From contig CAUJCT010000047.1 in assembly GCA_963169345.1 (NCBI GenBank), positions 47,076 to 111,075 on the forward strand: DNA of 64,000 nucleotides. Reading direction: 5' to 3'. The notes below the pieces were generated by a model. The model was not told the DNA's origin and searched no databases. It saw only the letters and a program-made list of their open reading frames with translations. Positions 40,448 through 49,849 of the stretch are shown one piece after another. The stretch is from Bacteroidota bacterium. GTDB lineage: Bacteria > Bacteroidota > Bacteroidia > NS11-12g > UBA955. Made by a program: the position numbers and the translations under genes. The first letter of the stretch is position 1. Each line of letters starts with the position of its first letter.

Positions 40448-40647
40448 GCCATTGTGTGAAAAAAATATCTTATTTTCCTTTAATAGGACTCGGGGACTCA
40501 AGTAATGACTGGGATTTTAAGAAAATTGTACGAATTAAATTAATCAGTGGATAATTGTGACCTTAACTGACAAAAATCATTCACTGTAAATCAGGGTTTT
40601 TTAGGGTTAAAATTGTTTATATTTGCGCCTCATTTTAGATAGTCGAA

Positions 40648-41904
40648 ATGCGTAAATTACTGGAAAAATTTGAATCCAAACGTCCTGAAATCGTTTTTGA
40701 ATGGAAGGATAGTGAAACTGAAGCTGAAGGTTGGGTGGTCATTAACTCACTCAGAAATGGTGCAGCTGGTGGTGGTACCCGTATGAGAAAAGGTTTGGAT
40801 AAACGTGAAGTTGAAAGTTTAGCCAAAACTATGGAAGTGAAATTTTCAGTTTGCGGCCCTCCAATTGGTGGAGCAAAATCCGGTATCAATTTCGACCCGG
40901 CAGACCCTCGTAAACAGGGTGTTCTTGAACGTTGGTACAAAGCAGTGTACCCTTTGCTTAAAAACTATTACGGTACAGGCGGCGACCTCAATGTCGACGA
41001 AATTCATGAAGTGATTCCAATTACAGCTGATCTTGGTATTCTGCACCCGCAGGAAGGTATTGTGAATGGTCATTTGAATTATTCTCCTGAAGAAAAATTA
41101 AAAAGTATATCCAGACTTCAGCAAGGTGTTTTGTTGCCAATTGAAGACGAACGCTTTACGCCTGATGTCAATAAAAAATACACCATCGCCGACATGATTA
41201 CCGGATGGGGTGTTGCCGAAGCAGTGCGCCATTATTATGAATTATGGGGCGGTACCATGAATGGTAAATTTGCAGTGATTCAAGGTTGGGGTAATGTGGC
41301 AGCAGCTGCAGCTTTTTATCTGGCTAAAAACGGTGTACTCATCAATGGTATCATCGATAGAAATGGTGGTCTGATCAATGAAAAAGGATTTACATTCGAA
41401 GAAATCCGAGCTTTGTTCCTCAACAGAAAAGGCAATGAATTGTATCATCCTGATATGTTGAGTTTCGAAGAAGTCAACAATAAAATCTGGGATTTGCCAA
41501 TGGAAATTTTTATACCTGGTGCAGCTTCCAGACTGATTACTCAAAATCAGGCTGAACGTATGATAGCATCGGGAGTTGAAGTAGTGAGCTGCGGTGCTAA
41601 TGTGCCTTTTGCTGATAAGGAAATCTTTATGGGTCCGATTTCTGAATATATGGATAATCACACTGCTGTGGTTCCCGACTTTATTGCAAACTGCGGTATG
41701 GCTCGTGTCTTCGGTTACCTGATGAAACAAGGCTCAGAAGTGCAGGATATTGCTATTCTTAAAGATGTATCCGAGATCATTCGTCAGGCTTTAATGCGTG
41801 TACATCAGTTCAATCCTAAAGCAACAGGACTAAGCGCCAAAGGACTTGAATTAAGTCTGACTGATTTGGTGAGCAGTGCTTCAGTAGAAGGATCAAGAGC
41901 TTAG
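40648..41904 (+). CDS. Glu/Leu/Phe/Val dehydrogenase family protein (glutamate dehydrogenase-like)
   Basis: GGTRMRKGL and KFSVCGPPIGGAKSGINFDP (catalytic Lys region). A C-terminal Rossmann fold (VIQGWGNVAAAAA). Confidence 0.75.
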   Translation: MRKLLEKFESKRPEIVFEWKDSETEAEGWVVINSLRNGAAGGGTRMRKGLDKREVESLAKTMEVKFSVCGPPIGGAKSGINFDPADPRKQGVLERWYKAVYPLLKNYYGTGGDLNVDEIHEVIPITADLGILHPQEGIVNGHLNYSPEEKLKSISRLQQGVLLPIEDERFTPDVNKKYTIADMITGWGVAEAVRHYYELWGGTMNGKFAVIQGWGNVAAAAAFYLAKNGVLINGIIDRNGGLINEKGFTFEEIRALFLNRKGNELYHPDMLSFEEVNNKIWDLPMEIFIPGAASRLITQNQAERMIASGVEVVSCGANVPFADKEIFMGPISEYMDNHTAVVPDFIANCGMARVFGYLMKQGSEVQDIAILKDVSEIIRQALMRVHQFNPKATGLSAKGLELSLTDLVSSASVEGSRA

Positions 41905-41940
41905 TAGAGCATAGTTTTAAGAGGAAACTGAACTCACTAT

Positions 41941-42675
41941 TCAGTTTTTAACCCTCTGGAACCAGGCCTCTGTGATGATCTTTTTGAAGCGACGCTCTGA
42001 TTTAGAATCTTTGTTTAGCAAATTAACTTCAACTCTTATTCTGGCTTTGCGGTTCATAACCTCCAGAAGTTTCAGTTTAAAAGTATTGACTTCAATATTG
42101 CTGTCTTCATTTAGTTTAGTGGTGAAATACTTCTCCAGGTCATCAAAACTGCCCAGATGGTCAGCATCTATGCTCAACTCCATATTCACCTGTGTGCTGC
42201 CGGATTTGCTGTAATTGATGATGTCCTGACTCAGTAGATTGGTGTTCGGGACAAAGATAATGTCATCTTCTTCATTCAGAATCTGAACATTTAATAAACT
42301 GATGTGAATGATTTTGCCCTTATGTTCTCCAATTTTAATATGGTCGTTAATTGATATTTGATTATTGAACATCAATATCATCCCATTGATGGCATTGGAA
42401 ATATAATCTTTGGAAACGATGGCTATAGCAGCCGCAATGATGGAGATGGATGTAAAAAGTTCTTTAATATTGACCCGCATCACCACCATTATCAATAACA
42501 TCAAAAGTATAAACAGGAAGATGTAGTAGATGGTATTGATGCCAATTATAAAATTATCTTTTCCTTTAATCTTATTTCGTCTTCTGTAAACGAACAAGGT
42601 AAAGAACTTAAGCATGTAGAGACCTAAAATAAGTATAAGCAGGGGATAAGTCTTCGGATGGTCTTGCCAAAACAT
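41941..42675 (-). CDS. small-conductance mechanosensitive channel (MscS family)
   Basis: TM helices followed by DHIKIGEHKGKIIHISLLNVQILNEEDDIIFVPNTNLLSQDIINYS, the MscS beta-domain signature. Confidence 0.7.
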   Translation of the reverse strand: MFWQDHPKTYPLLILILGLYMLKFFTLFVYRRRNKIKGKDNFIIGINTIYYIFLFILLMLLIMVVMRVNIKELFTSISIIAAAIAIVSKDYISNAINGMILMFNNQISINDHIKIGEHKGKIIHISLLNVQILNEEDDIIFVPNTNLLSQDIINYSKSGSTQVNMELSIDADHLGSFDDLEKYFTTKLNEDSNIEVNTFKLKLLEVMNRKARIRVEVNLLNKDSKSERRFKKIITEAWFQRVKN

Positions 42676-42722
42676 AGAGCAAATTTAAGGAATTAGAAGG
42701 AAGTAATTAAAGTATGAGTTTT

Positions 42723-42754
42723 GTTAAGTCGTTAAGTCGTTAAGTCGTTAAGTC
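42723..42754. repeat. (GTTAAGTC)4 perfect 8-mer microsatellite, 48-79 bp upstream of the mscS-like start
   Basis: Read directly. Confidence 0.95.
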
Positions 42755-42756
42755 GT

Positions 42757-42885
42757 GGGGTGAGTCATAGGGACGATGATTGAGGAATGGGGAGTTGAAG
42801 AGAAGTGGAACGCAGAACAAAGGCGGAACGCACAGAAAACGCAGAAAATGTTAAGGCCTTTGACGCGGCGGTTGCTAAAGCAACT
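42757..42885 (-). repeat. inverted, degenerate copy of the TTGCGCAA-hairpin repeat family
   Basis: GTGAGTCATAGGGACGATGATTGAGGAATGGGGAG...GGAACGCAGAAC...TTGACGCGGCGGTTGCTAAAGCAAC is the reverse complement of the 35814-35960 architecture. Confidence 0.7.
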
Positions 42886-42983
42886 TAATACACAGAAATG
42901 GGCAGAACACACTGATGGGGAAGCTTTGCCGGTAAGTCGTAATGCTTGTCGATAGACTTTATTCTTCCCGCAATCCTTCTGCG

Positions 42984-43245
42984 CCTTCCGTTTGCGCACG
43001 TAAACCCCTGCCGTGTCAAAGGCCAATAAATTTTCTGTGTGTTTTGCGTGTTCTTACCCAGTTCTGTGTTCTACCTCCCCATCTACCGCGACACAATTCA
43101 GCTATTCAGCTATTCAGCCTTTCAGCCGTTCCCCTTCTGCGCCTTCCTGTTTGCGCAAGCAAACCCCTGCCGTGTCAAAGGCCATAAAATTTTCTGTGTG
43201 TTTCGCGAATTCTGTTCTTGTTCTGTGTTCTACTAACGGAAGCTT
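42984..43245 (+). repeat. two forward copies of the repeat family (42984-43080, 43135-43245) separated by an (ATTCAGCT)3-4 8-mer tract at 43096-43127
   Basis: CCTTCCGTTTGCGCACGTAAACCCCTGCCGTGTCAAAGGCC... and CCTTCCTGTTTGCGCAAGCAAACCCCTGCCGTGTCAAAGGCC..., read directly. Confidence 0.85.
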
Positions 43246-43256
43246 ATTAATAATCT

Positions 43257-44672
43257 TTACTTCCCTCTGCCCTGAACCATGATGAGAATCGTATAAGCCA
43301 TAATCTTGAAATCAAGAGCTAAACTGTAATTCTCTATATACAGAATATCATAATACAACCTCTGAATCATCTGATCCAGATTTTCAGCATAACCATATTT
43401 AACCTGACCCCAGCTAGTGATGCCTGGTTTTACTTTTTGCAGTCGCTTGTAATAAGGCGCTTTTTCAATGATCTGCTGTATGAAATAGGCACGCTCAGGT
43501 CGTGGACCTACAACACTCATTTCTCCTATCAGCACATTCCAGAATTGCGGAAATTCATCCAGTCGGGTCTTGCGCAAAAATTTGCCAATTTTAGTAATCC
43601 TCGGATCGTCTTCTCTCGATAATTGCGGACCCGCAGCTTCTGCATCCGGACGCATACTCCTGAACTTAATAATGTTGAATGGCTTTCCCTTCAAACCTAT
43701 GCGCTCCTGAACAAAAAACACCGGACCTTTGCTGCTCAACTTAATCATGAGAGCTATCAGCAACATGACCGGACTGCTTAAAACCAATACCAATATTGAG
43801 AATGCGATATCGAATGCTCTCTTTGTGTGCTTCTGCCATTCAGGCATTACCTCAAAATCTACTTCAATCAATACAGCCCCCAAAATGTTATTCATCTTTA
43901 CCATTCGTGTAAAAATCGAATACATATCCGGAATGATTTTGATGAAGATGCTTTCGTTTTCAATGACGTTGAAAATCGCATTCAGCTTGCTGTGTTCGGT
44001 CGTCTCAAGTGCTATTACAAGCTCTTCCACTTGCTTGTCTTCAATAAGTTTTGGAAGGTCTTTGTAGGTGCCGAGCAGAGGCAAATGTTGCTCCATCTCC
44101 CGACTATCCTCACCGTTTACGGTTACAAATCCAATAAATCTGAAACCATTGGTGATTTTTGCGTTCTTTAAATCTTCAAATAACCTGATGGCTTTCTCGT
44201 TAGAGCCAACCATAATGGTATTGAACCCGTAGATTCTTTTCTGAATTTTAGCATTGGTTTGGGTAGAAAGTATAAATCGACCCAGGTACGTAACAACGAG
44301 TTGAAGACTGAGCAACAATCCAAACGTATTGTAATAATCTCTGTAATTGCTCACACTGTCATCCAGCAACAGAGTGAAAAAGATGAACAATGTACCAAAG
44401 AAGGAAGTGTAAAAAGTTTGTTTGAGTTCTCTTAATCTCGAACGTCTGAAAATGTTGTTATAATAACCTGTCAGGTAATAGAGTACAAGCCAGAATGTAG
44501 GAATGGCAATGATGCCTAAAATGAGCTTGCTGTCTCTGCTTAATGGTATCTGATAATCGCTGTGCGCAGTATCGACATAGTGTTTTCTGAACCAGAAAAG
44601 TAAGAACCACACCAGAGCCGCTGCCAGGTAGTCGGAGATAAGATATTTGACGATTTGCCTTGTCTTATTCAA
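43257..44672 (-). CDS. undecaprenyl-phosphate sugar phosphotransferase (WbaP/exopolysaccharide polyprenyl glycosylphosphotransferase family)
   Basis: Multi-TM N-terminus and a C-terminal bacterial sugar transferase domain (FDIAFSILVLVLSSPVMLLIALMIKLSSKGPVFFVQERIGLKGKPFNIIKFRSM...DEFPQFWNVLIGEMSVVGPRP). Confidence 0.85.
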   Translation of the reverse strand: MNKTRQIVKYLISDYLAAALVWFLLFWFRKHYVDTAHSDYQIPLSRDSKLILGIIAIPTFWLVLYYLTGYYNNIFRRSRLRELKQTFYTSFFGTLFIFFTLLLDDSVSNYRDYYNTFGLLLSLQLVVTYLGRFILSTQTNAKIQKRIYGFNTIMVGSNEKAIRLFEDLKNAKITNGFRFIGFVTVNGEDSREMEQHLPLLGTYKDLPKLIEDKQVEELVIALETTEHSKLNAIFNVIENESIFIKIIPDMYSIFTRMVKMNNILGAVLIEVDFEVMPEWQKHTKRAFDIAFSILVLVLSSPVMLLIALMIKLSSKGPVFFVQERIGLKGKPFNIIKFRSMRPDAEAAGPQLSREDDPRITKIGKFLRKTRLDEFPQFWNVLIGEMSVVGPRPERAYFIQQIIEKAPYYKRLQKVKPGITSWGQVKYGYAENLDQMIQRLYYDILYIENYSLALDFKIMAYTILIMVQGRGK

Positions 44673-44684
44673 TGCCTTGTAAAC

Positions 44685-45593
44685 TTACTGCAAGTATACG
44701 AGTTTTAAATTGTCCAGATAAATATGTTTCTCGCCGGTAACAGTTTTGTCTTTGTAAGTACCGAAAAACACTCTGATTTTGGTGCCTGCGCTGAGGTCGC
44801 CGGTTTCAGGAGCCAGATTGACATAGATTTTTTTCCATACATCATTCGTGTTGTAAACGACCATCACTGGTGATTGTATGATATCGACATTGTTGTCTGA
44901 GTATATGCCTATCTGAACATCAATATTGGTTTTTATATCCAGTTCAACATAAACGGCAGCACCCAGATTCGGAACAGTGAATGGATTTAATGTACTGCGT
45001 TCAAAAATGAGTGCTGAATCTTGAGTCAGGGAGATTAACCCGCAGTAATTAGAACCTGAAAATGGTTGATCGACGCCAGGGGTATTGGTAGGAATGACCT
45101 TAATTGAATCAGGTGTATTGTCCATTCCGGATTGTATGAGCGATACGGCCTGGTCCTCAAAATCTTCAATCCAGTCGAAGGTACAAGCGCTTCTGTATTC
45201 TGTATGGGGTTGTATGGTGTCTATCCTGCCTTCTCTGAGCTCGAGAGTGTCGAGGAAGGATTGATAAACCTTGTAGTATTTCTGCTCGCTGGAAATGCCG
45301 TTTTCCTTGACATTCGGGAAAACCTCCACTTTGCAGTTCCCTTTGGCAAGTACCGGAATGGTTACTGGCAGTTCGAAGTTGCCAAGTTCTGCACCATTGA
45401 CAAATACTTTGGCTCCAACAACTTCATTGGTGGGCAAACCTTGTGTGGTACCGTTAGATGAAACAGTAAATTTAGCGATGTGCAAATAGGAGGGGATTGG
45501 CTCTTTTTCCTGGTCGCAAGAATGAAAGAGTGTCGCTACAACAAATAGGGGTAAAATGGACTTAAACAGCGGATTCATGTTGACTGTAGGCAA
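44685..45593 (-). CDS. hypothetical lipoprotein
   Basis: Signal plus lipobox (LFHSC). 302 aa. Same strand as the sugar transferase, 12-nt spacing. Confidence 0.45.
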   Translation of the reverse strand: MPTVNMNPLFKSILPLFVVATLFHSCDQEKEPIPSYLHIAKFTVSSNGTTQGLPTNEVVGAKVFVNGAELGNFELPVTIPVLAKGNCKVEVFPNVKENGISSEQKYYKVYQSFLDTLELREGRIDTIQPHTEYRSACTFDWIEDFEDQAVSLIQSGMDNTPDSIKVIPTNTPGVDQPFSGSNYCGLISLTQDSALIFERSTLNPFTVPNLGAAVYVELDIKTNIDVQIGIYSDNNVDIIQSPVMVVYNTNDVWKKIYVNLAPETGDLSAGTKIRVFFGTYKDKTVTGEKHIYLDNLKLVYLQ

Positions 45594-46557
45594 AATTTTG
45601 CATCACACTGACCACATTCAGGGCTTCTTCAAGCGAAACCAATGGTGAAATGCGGTTGGTGACACAATCTACAAAGTTCAACAAATCTTTTTGAATTACA
45701 TCAAAATAGAGTATTTTTTTTTCGAAGTGATTCATCTTCTGTGACAGTGAAGTATTGGATGAAACACTTTCAAATGGCAGTTTGTGCTCGAGGTCGTAAT
45801 CCAGACGGGTTTCTTCAACCTTATAATCCTGTATATCTGCCGTAATAATCTTGCCTTTCTGATAAAGTGTCAAGACATTTTTGTGCGACTTGCTGATGGT
45901 GTTTAAGATGATTTCAGATGTCGAACAATTGTCGTAAGTAATATGAATTTTTACCTCGTCAGGTTTCTGGTTAAAGATGTATTGCTTGTTTATTTTTACC
46001 TTGTTGACATTGGAGTTCACACATCTCAAAACCATGTCTATCGTTTCGTACAGAATTTCCTTGGAGTTGTGGTCAGTAAACTTAATATTGAAAGGTATAT
46101 TGATCTCGTGCTGTATGAAACTCGGTTTTTGCACCGACTGTCTGGCAGTTGTATAAACACATCCATTGCCGTGCACATTGGTGATGTAAAAAATGGTATC
46201 AGCTTCGTTGCGCAGCTTTTGCAATAAAGACAATTCGGTATAATTCAGCTCAGGAAACTTTTCAAACAAGATGTGTTTGCTGTTCTTGATACATTCAACT
46301 ATGGTGTCGAATAAGTGCAAATGATTGAGCCCGCAGAAAAGTATTGCGTCTGCCCTTTTTACAAAATCACTCAGGGGCGAAATACCGTAAAATTGCTCAA
46401 AATTTCTCTCTTCGGTTGTGTCAAAGGAGCCCACCAACTCGTAAGTCGGGTTTTTATGAAGATGCTGAAGAAAGCTCTCCATAGCTTTTGGACTTCCTGC
46501 AATACCGATCTTTATTTTTGACAATTGTTGCAAAATAGATTTGGTACAAAAATGCAT
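45562..46557 (-). CDS. hypothetical protein, possible Gfo/Idh/MocA-like oxidoreductase fold
   Basis: The N-terminal IKIGIAGSPKAMESFLQHL...ELVGSFD resembles a Rossmann N-terminus, but no clean GxGxxG is present. Confidence 0.35.
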   Translation of the reverse strand: MHFCTKSILQQLSKIKIGIAGSPKAMESFLQHLHKNPTYELVGSFDTTEERNFEQFYGISPLSDFVKRADAILFCGLNHLHLFDTIVECIKNSKHILFEKFPELNYTELSLLQKLRNEADTIFYITNVHGNGCVYTTARQSVQKPSFIQHEINIPFNIKFTDHNSKEILYETIDMVLRCVNSNVNKVKINKQYIFNQKPDEVKIHITYDNCSTSEIILNTISKSHKNVLTLYQKGKIITADIQDYKVEETRLDYDLEHKLPFESVSSNTSLSQKMNHFEKKILYFDVIQKDLLNFVDCVTNRISPLVSLEEALNVVSVMQNFAYSQHESAV

Positions 46558-46618
46558 TAGTTGCTTCTTTGTAACATCATTTTGTTATTAACCGTGTACT
46601 AAAAGCCATACAGAAAGA

Positions 46619-47290
46619 GTGTTGCACAACTATCAGGATACATATAAACACAAGGGACAAAGGCGTCAGTTAAGAGAGGTCTTGCAATCTAAGGGCATCA
46701 AAGAAGCAAGCATTCTAGATGCCATTGAGTCTATTCCACGCCATTATTTTCTTCCGGTTGAATTCGAATCGCATGCCTATGAGGATAAAGCTTTTCCTAT
46801 TGCAGCTGGTCAAACCATCTCTCAACCATACACCGTTGCCTATCAAACGCGTTTGCTAAAGGTCAACAAAGGTGACAAAATTCTTGAAATCGGCACAGGT
46901 AGTGGTTATCAGGCTGCAGTGCTCTGTTTATGCGGAGCTGATGTCTATACCATCGAACGCCACAAAGTACTTTCAGAAACCGCCATGCAAACTTTGAACA
47001 CCATCGGATTGGCCAGTAAAATTCATTTTTATGTTGGTGATGGAACAAGAGGTCTGATTTCGGAAGCGCCTTACGATGGCATTATTGTAACGGCTGGTGC
47101 TCCTTCGGTTCCTAAAGCTTTGGTAGCTCAATTAAAAATAGGTGGTCGTTTGATTATTCCGGTCGGCAAATCTGCTGAAGTGCAAAGAATGGTGCGTATA
47201 ACCAAAGTCAGCGAACTGGATATTCAAACTGAAGCCTTTGATGATTTTAGTTTTGTCCCATTGGTAGGCGACAATGGCTGGAGTCTTTAG
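46619..47290 (+). CDS. pcm: protein-L-isoaspartate O-methyltransferase
   Basis: ILEIGTGSGYQAAVL SAM-binding motif I. 223 aa. Confidence 0.9.
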   Translation: MLHNYQDTYKHKGQRRQLREVLQSKGIKEASILDAIESIPRHYFLPVEFESHAYEDKAFPIAAGQTISQPYTVAYQTRLLKVNKGDKILEIGTGSGYQAAVLCLCGADVYTIERHKVLSETAMQTLNTIGLASKIHFYVGDGTRGLISEAPYDGIIVTAGAPSVPKALVAQLKIGGRLIIPVGKSAEVQRMVRITKVSELDIQTEAFDDFSFVPLVGDNGWSL

Positions 47291-47763
47291 TCGAATCTAA
47301 TGAAATTCCAAAGGTCTTTGTAGCTGAAAAAAGCGCCTTCATGACTCTTTTTACCATTCTTATGTATCAAAATTGTAAAAGGAATCGAACCTTGCCAGGT
47401 AGGGTCAGCAGCTTCTATAAACTTGGCAATGCTGTCTTGTTGCATGAGGTAATGTACACCGGGAATCCCCATTTTTTTAATGAAACGTGCTGTAGATTTT
47501 TGCGAACGCTCAGGGTCGAGTGAAACAAAAACGAATGTATAATTCTCTCCCTTTAATGCTGTATCCGCTTTGTAGAAATATTCCAGTTCATCTAAGCACG
47601 GAGGACACCATGTGGCCCAGAAATTAAAAACAATATAGCCACTGTCTGGCGTTTTATTCAGCATCTCCAGAACCTGATCTTGTGTAACGATTTTAAGTTC
47701 CTGTGCTTTTAAATTTGTCATACCCAGCGTTAAACTAAGCAGTCCTAGAAATATCCATCTCAT
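47287..47763 (-). CDS. TlpA-like thiol-disulfide oxidoreductase (thioredoxin fold, secreted)
   Basis: Signal peptide and the FWATWCPPC active site. Confidence 0.8.
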   Translation of the reverse strand: MRWIFLGLLSLTLGMTNLKAQELKIVTQDQVLEMLNKTPDSGYIVFNFWATWCPPCLDELEYFYKADTALKGENYTFVFVSLDPERSQKSTARFIKKMGIPGVHYLMQQDSIAKFIEAADPTWQGSIPFTILIHKNGKKSHEGAFFSYKDLWNFIRFD

Positions 47764-47816
47764 TATACCAAAGATAAGCTATTCGACTAAATTCTGCAAA
47801 TAATTCAGTTAAGTGT

Positions 47817-48629
47817 CTAATAGACAATGGTTTTTATGATTTTTCGCTCTGCATTTTGTGTTTGAATGCTGAGATAGTAAATGCCGCTCGCCAGCATTTC
47901 TAAACTGGTTCGATTGTCTTTCGAATTACCTTCTTGAATTAAATGACCTTGCTCGTCGTAAAGCTGATACTGATAGGGCATAGGATAATCAATGACCAAT
48001 GTGCCTTTGCTTGTGTAAACTTTTAAATTATCACAAGAGAGTTTTTCCAAACCAACCAAGGTATAGTCTTTTTTGGTGATAGACTCACAACCCAGATTAC
48101 TCCTGACTTTAAGAGCGATTGTGCCTGTTTCAACTTCGATGGTATCCCTGATATTCAGATTGTTTTTTCCGGTGATGTAAATACTGTCTCCATTGGGCAA
48201 ATACCACATAAAGGAATGGTCGATAGGATTGGTTTTATAGGCCGTAAACAATCGATACGAACACGAATCGGTGTATTTTATGACAGATTTAAAATCGCTT
48301 TCAGGTTTGGGAAAAATCTCGAGGTATTTCCACACCGAATCACGGCAATGACTGACAGAGTCGTATACCTTTAAAGTTATTTTTCTGTAACCTGCACCTT
48401 TAGAGTAACTGATTTTAGGGGCAAATTCTTCTGAATAACGACCATCTCCAAAGTACCATTGCCAGCGTATATGTTTCCCTTTGCTTAATGAGATATTGGC
48501 AAGACCAATGTCCTGACCCGGACAGGCATCAGCTGCAACAAAATTGGCACGCAGACTGTATAAACAGGTGTCGAAGCCTAATAGAGTTTGCAAACAACCA
48601 AATGAAATAATCAAAAGTAAAATACGCAT
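47817..48629 (-). CDS. secreted PKD-domain protein with T9SS type-A C-terminal sorting domain
   Basis: WYFGDGRYSEEF PKD motif. C-terminal YQYQLYDEQGHLIQEG...ASGIYYLSIQT...K.IVY. Confidence 0.55.
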   Translation of the reverse strand: MRILLLIISFGCLQTLLGFDTCLYSLRANFVAADACPGQDIGLANISLSKGKHIRWQWYFGDGRYSEEFAPKISYSKGAGYRKITLKVYDSVSHCRDSVWKYLEIFPKPESDFKSVIKYTDSCSYRLFTAYKTNPIDHSFMWYLPNGDSIYITGKNNLNIRDTIEVETGTIALKVRSNLGCESITKKDYTLVGLEKLSCDNLKVYTSKGTLVIDYPMPYQYQLYDEQGHLIQEGNSKDNRTSLEMLASGIYYLSIQTQNAERKIIKTIVY

Positions 48630-48796
48630 GATTCCTGGGTCGGTTCTTATTTCTTTGACAGAATAAAAACACGATTTGATGCAGGCATGACGATTTTATG
48701 ACAGAATTTGGTCGAAAGACAAAAGTGTTTAGTCGGGGAAAAAGAAAAAGCGCAGTGTTTAGACTGCGCTTTATATAGATTTTATAATGGTTTCAA

Positions 48797-49732
48797 TTAC
48801 ATAGAAACGCTTGTTAAAGCAGCGTTCATGCTTCTTACAGCATCAGCAGATTTGTTGAAAGCTGCCTGCTCTGATTCGTTCAGTTTATAGTCGACGATAG
48901 ATTCCCAGCCATTGCGACCAATGACTACCGGAACACCCATACAGATATCGTTTTGTCCGTATTCACCTTCGAGGTAAACACAGCAAGGCATTACCTTTTT
49001 CTCGTCTCTAACAATGGCTTCTACCAATGCAGCACCTGCGGCACCCGGAGCATACCAGGCACTGGTGCCAAGTAAACCTGTCAATGTAGCACCACCTACC
49101 ATAGTGTCTGCTGCTACTTTTTGTAAGCTGGCTTCATCCAGTTTCTCACTTACCGGCAAACCATTGATGGTAGCAAAACGGGTCAAAGGAATCATGGTAG
49201 TATCACCGTGACCACCAATTACCACACCGTGAATATCGTTGGTTGAGGCACCTGTAGCCAATGATAAATAGCATTTGAATCTGGCACTGTCGAGGATACC
49301 ACCCATACCGATGATACGGTTTTTAGGTAATCCGCTTGATTTAAGCGCTAAGTATGTCATTGTATCCATTGGGTTACTGATAACAATGATGATAGCGTTT
49401 GGAGAGTATTTTAAAATGTTTTCAGTTACACCTTTAACGATGCCGGCGTTGATACCAATTAACTCTTCGCGAGTCATGCCAGGTTTACGTGGAATACCGC
49501 TGGTGATTACCACAACATCGCTGTTGGCTGTTTTGGTGTAATCGTTAGTACTTCCGGTGATGCGGGTGTCAAATCCAAGAAGAGATGAAGTCTGGAACAA
49601 ATCCAGAGATTTACCTTCACTGATACCTTCTTTGATGTCGAGAAGAACGAGTTCTGAACAAAGTTCTTTGCGAGCAATGTTGTCTGCGCATGTTGCACCT
49701 ACTGCACCGGCGCCAACTACTGTAACTTTCAT
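48797..49732 (-). CDS. mdh: malate dehydrogenase (LDH-like family)
   Basis: MKVTVVGAGAVGATCA. Substrate-binding residues in the ...GIPRKPGMTR... loop (GITSGIPRKPGMTREELIGINA). Confidence 0.9.
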   Translation of the reverse strand: MKVTVVGAGAVGATCADNIARKELCSELVLLDIKEGISEGKSLDLFQTSSLLGFDTRITGSTNDYTKTANSDVVVITSGIPRKPGMTREELIGINAGIVKGVTENILKYSPNAIIIVISNPMDTMTYLALKSSGLPKNRIIGMGGILDSARFKCYLSLATGASTNDIHGVVIGGHGDTTMIPLTRFATINGLPVSEKLDEASLQKVAADTMVGGATLTGLLGTSAWYAPGAAGAALVEAIVRDEKKVMPCCVYLEGEYGQNDICMGVPVVIGRNGWESIVDYKLNESEQAAFNKSADAVRSMNAALTSVSM

Positions 49733-49849
49733 ATTGTATGGTTGTTTTTGTTAAAAAATTTAAAGTTTTGCAAAGGTAGTAACAAAAAATGAAGTTTTCT
49801 TGACTTAGGTCAGGGAAAAAAAGGAAATTTATTGGGCTCTTACTGTAGG

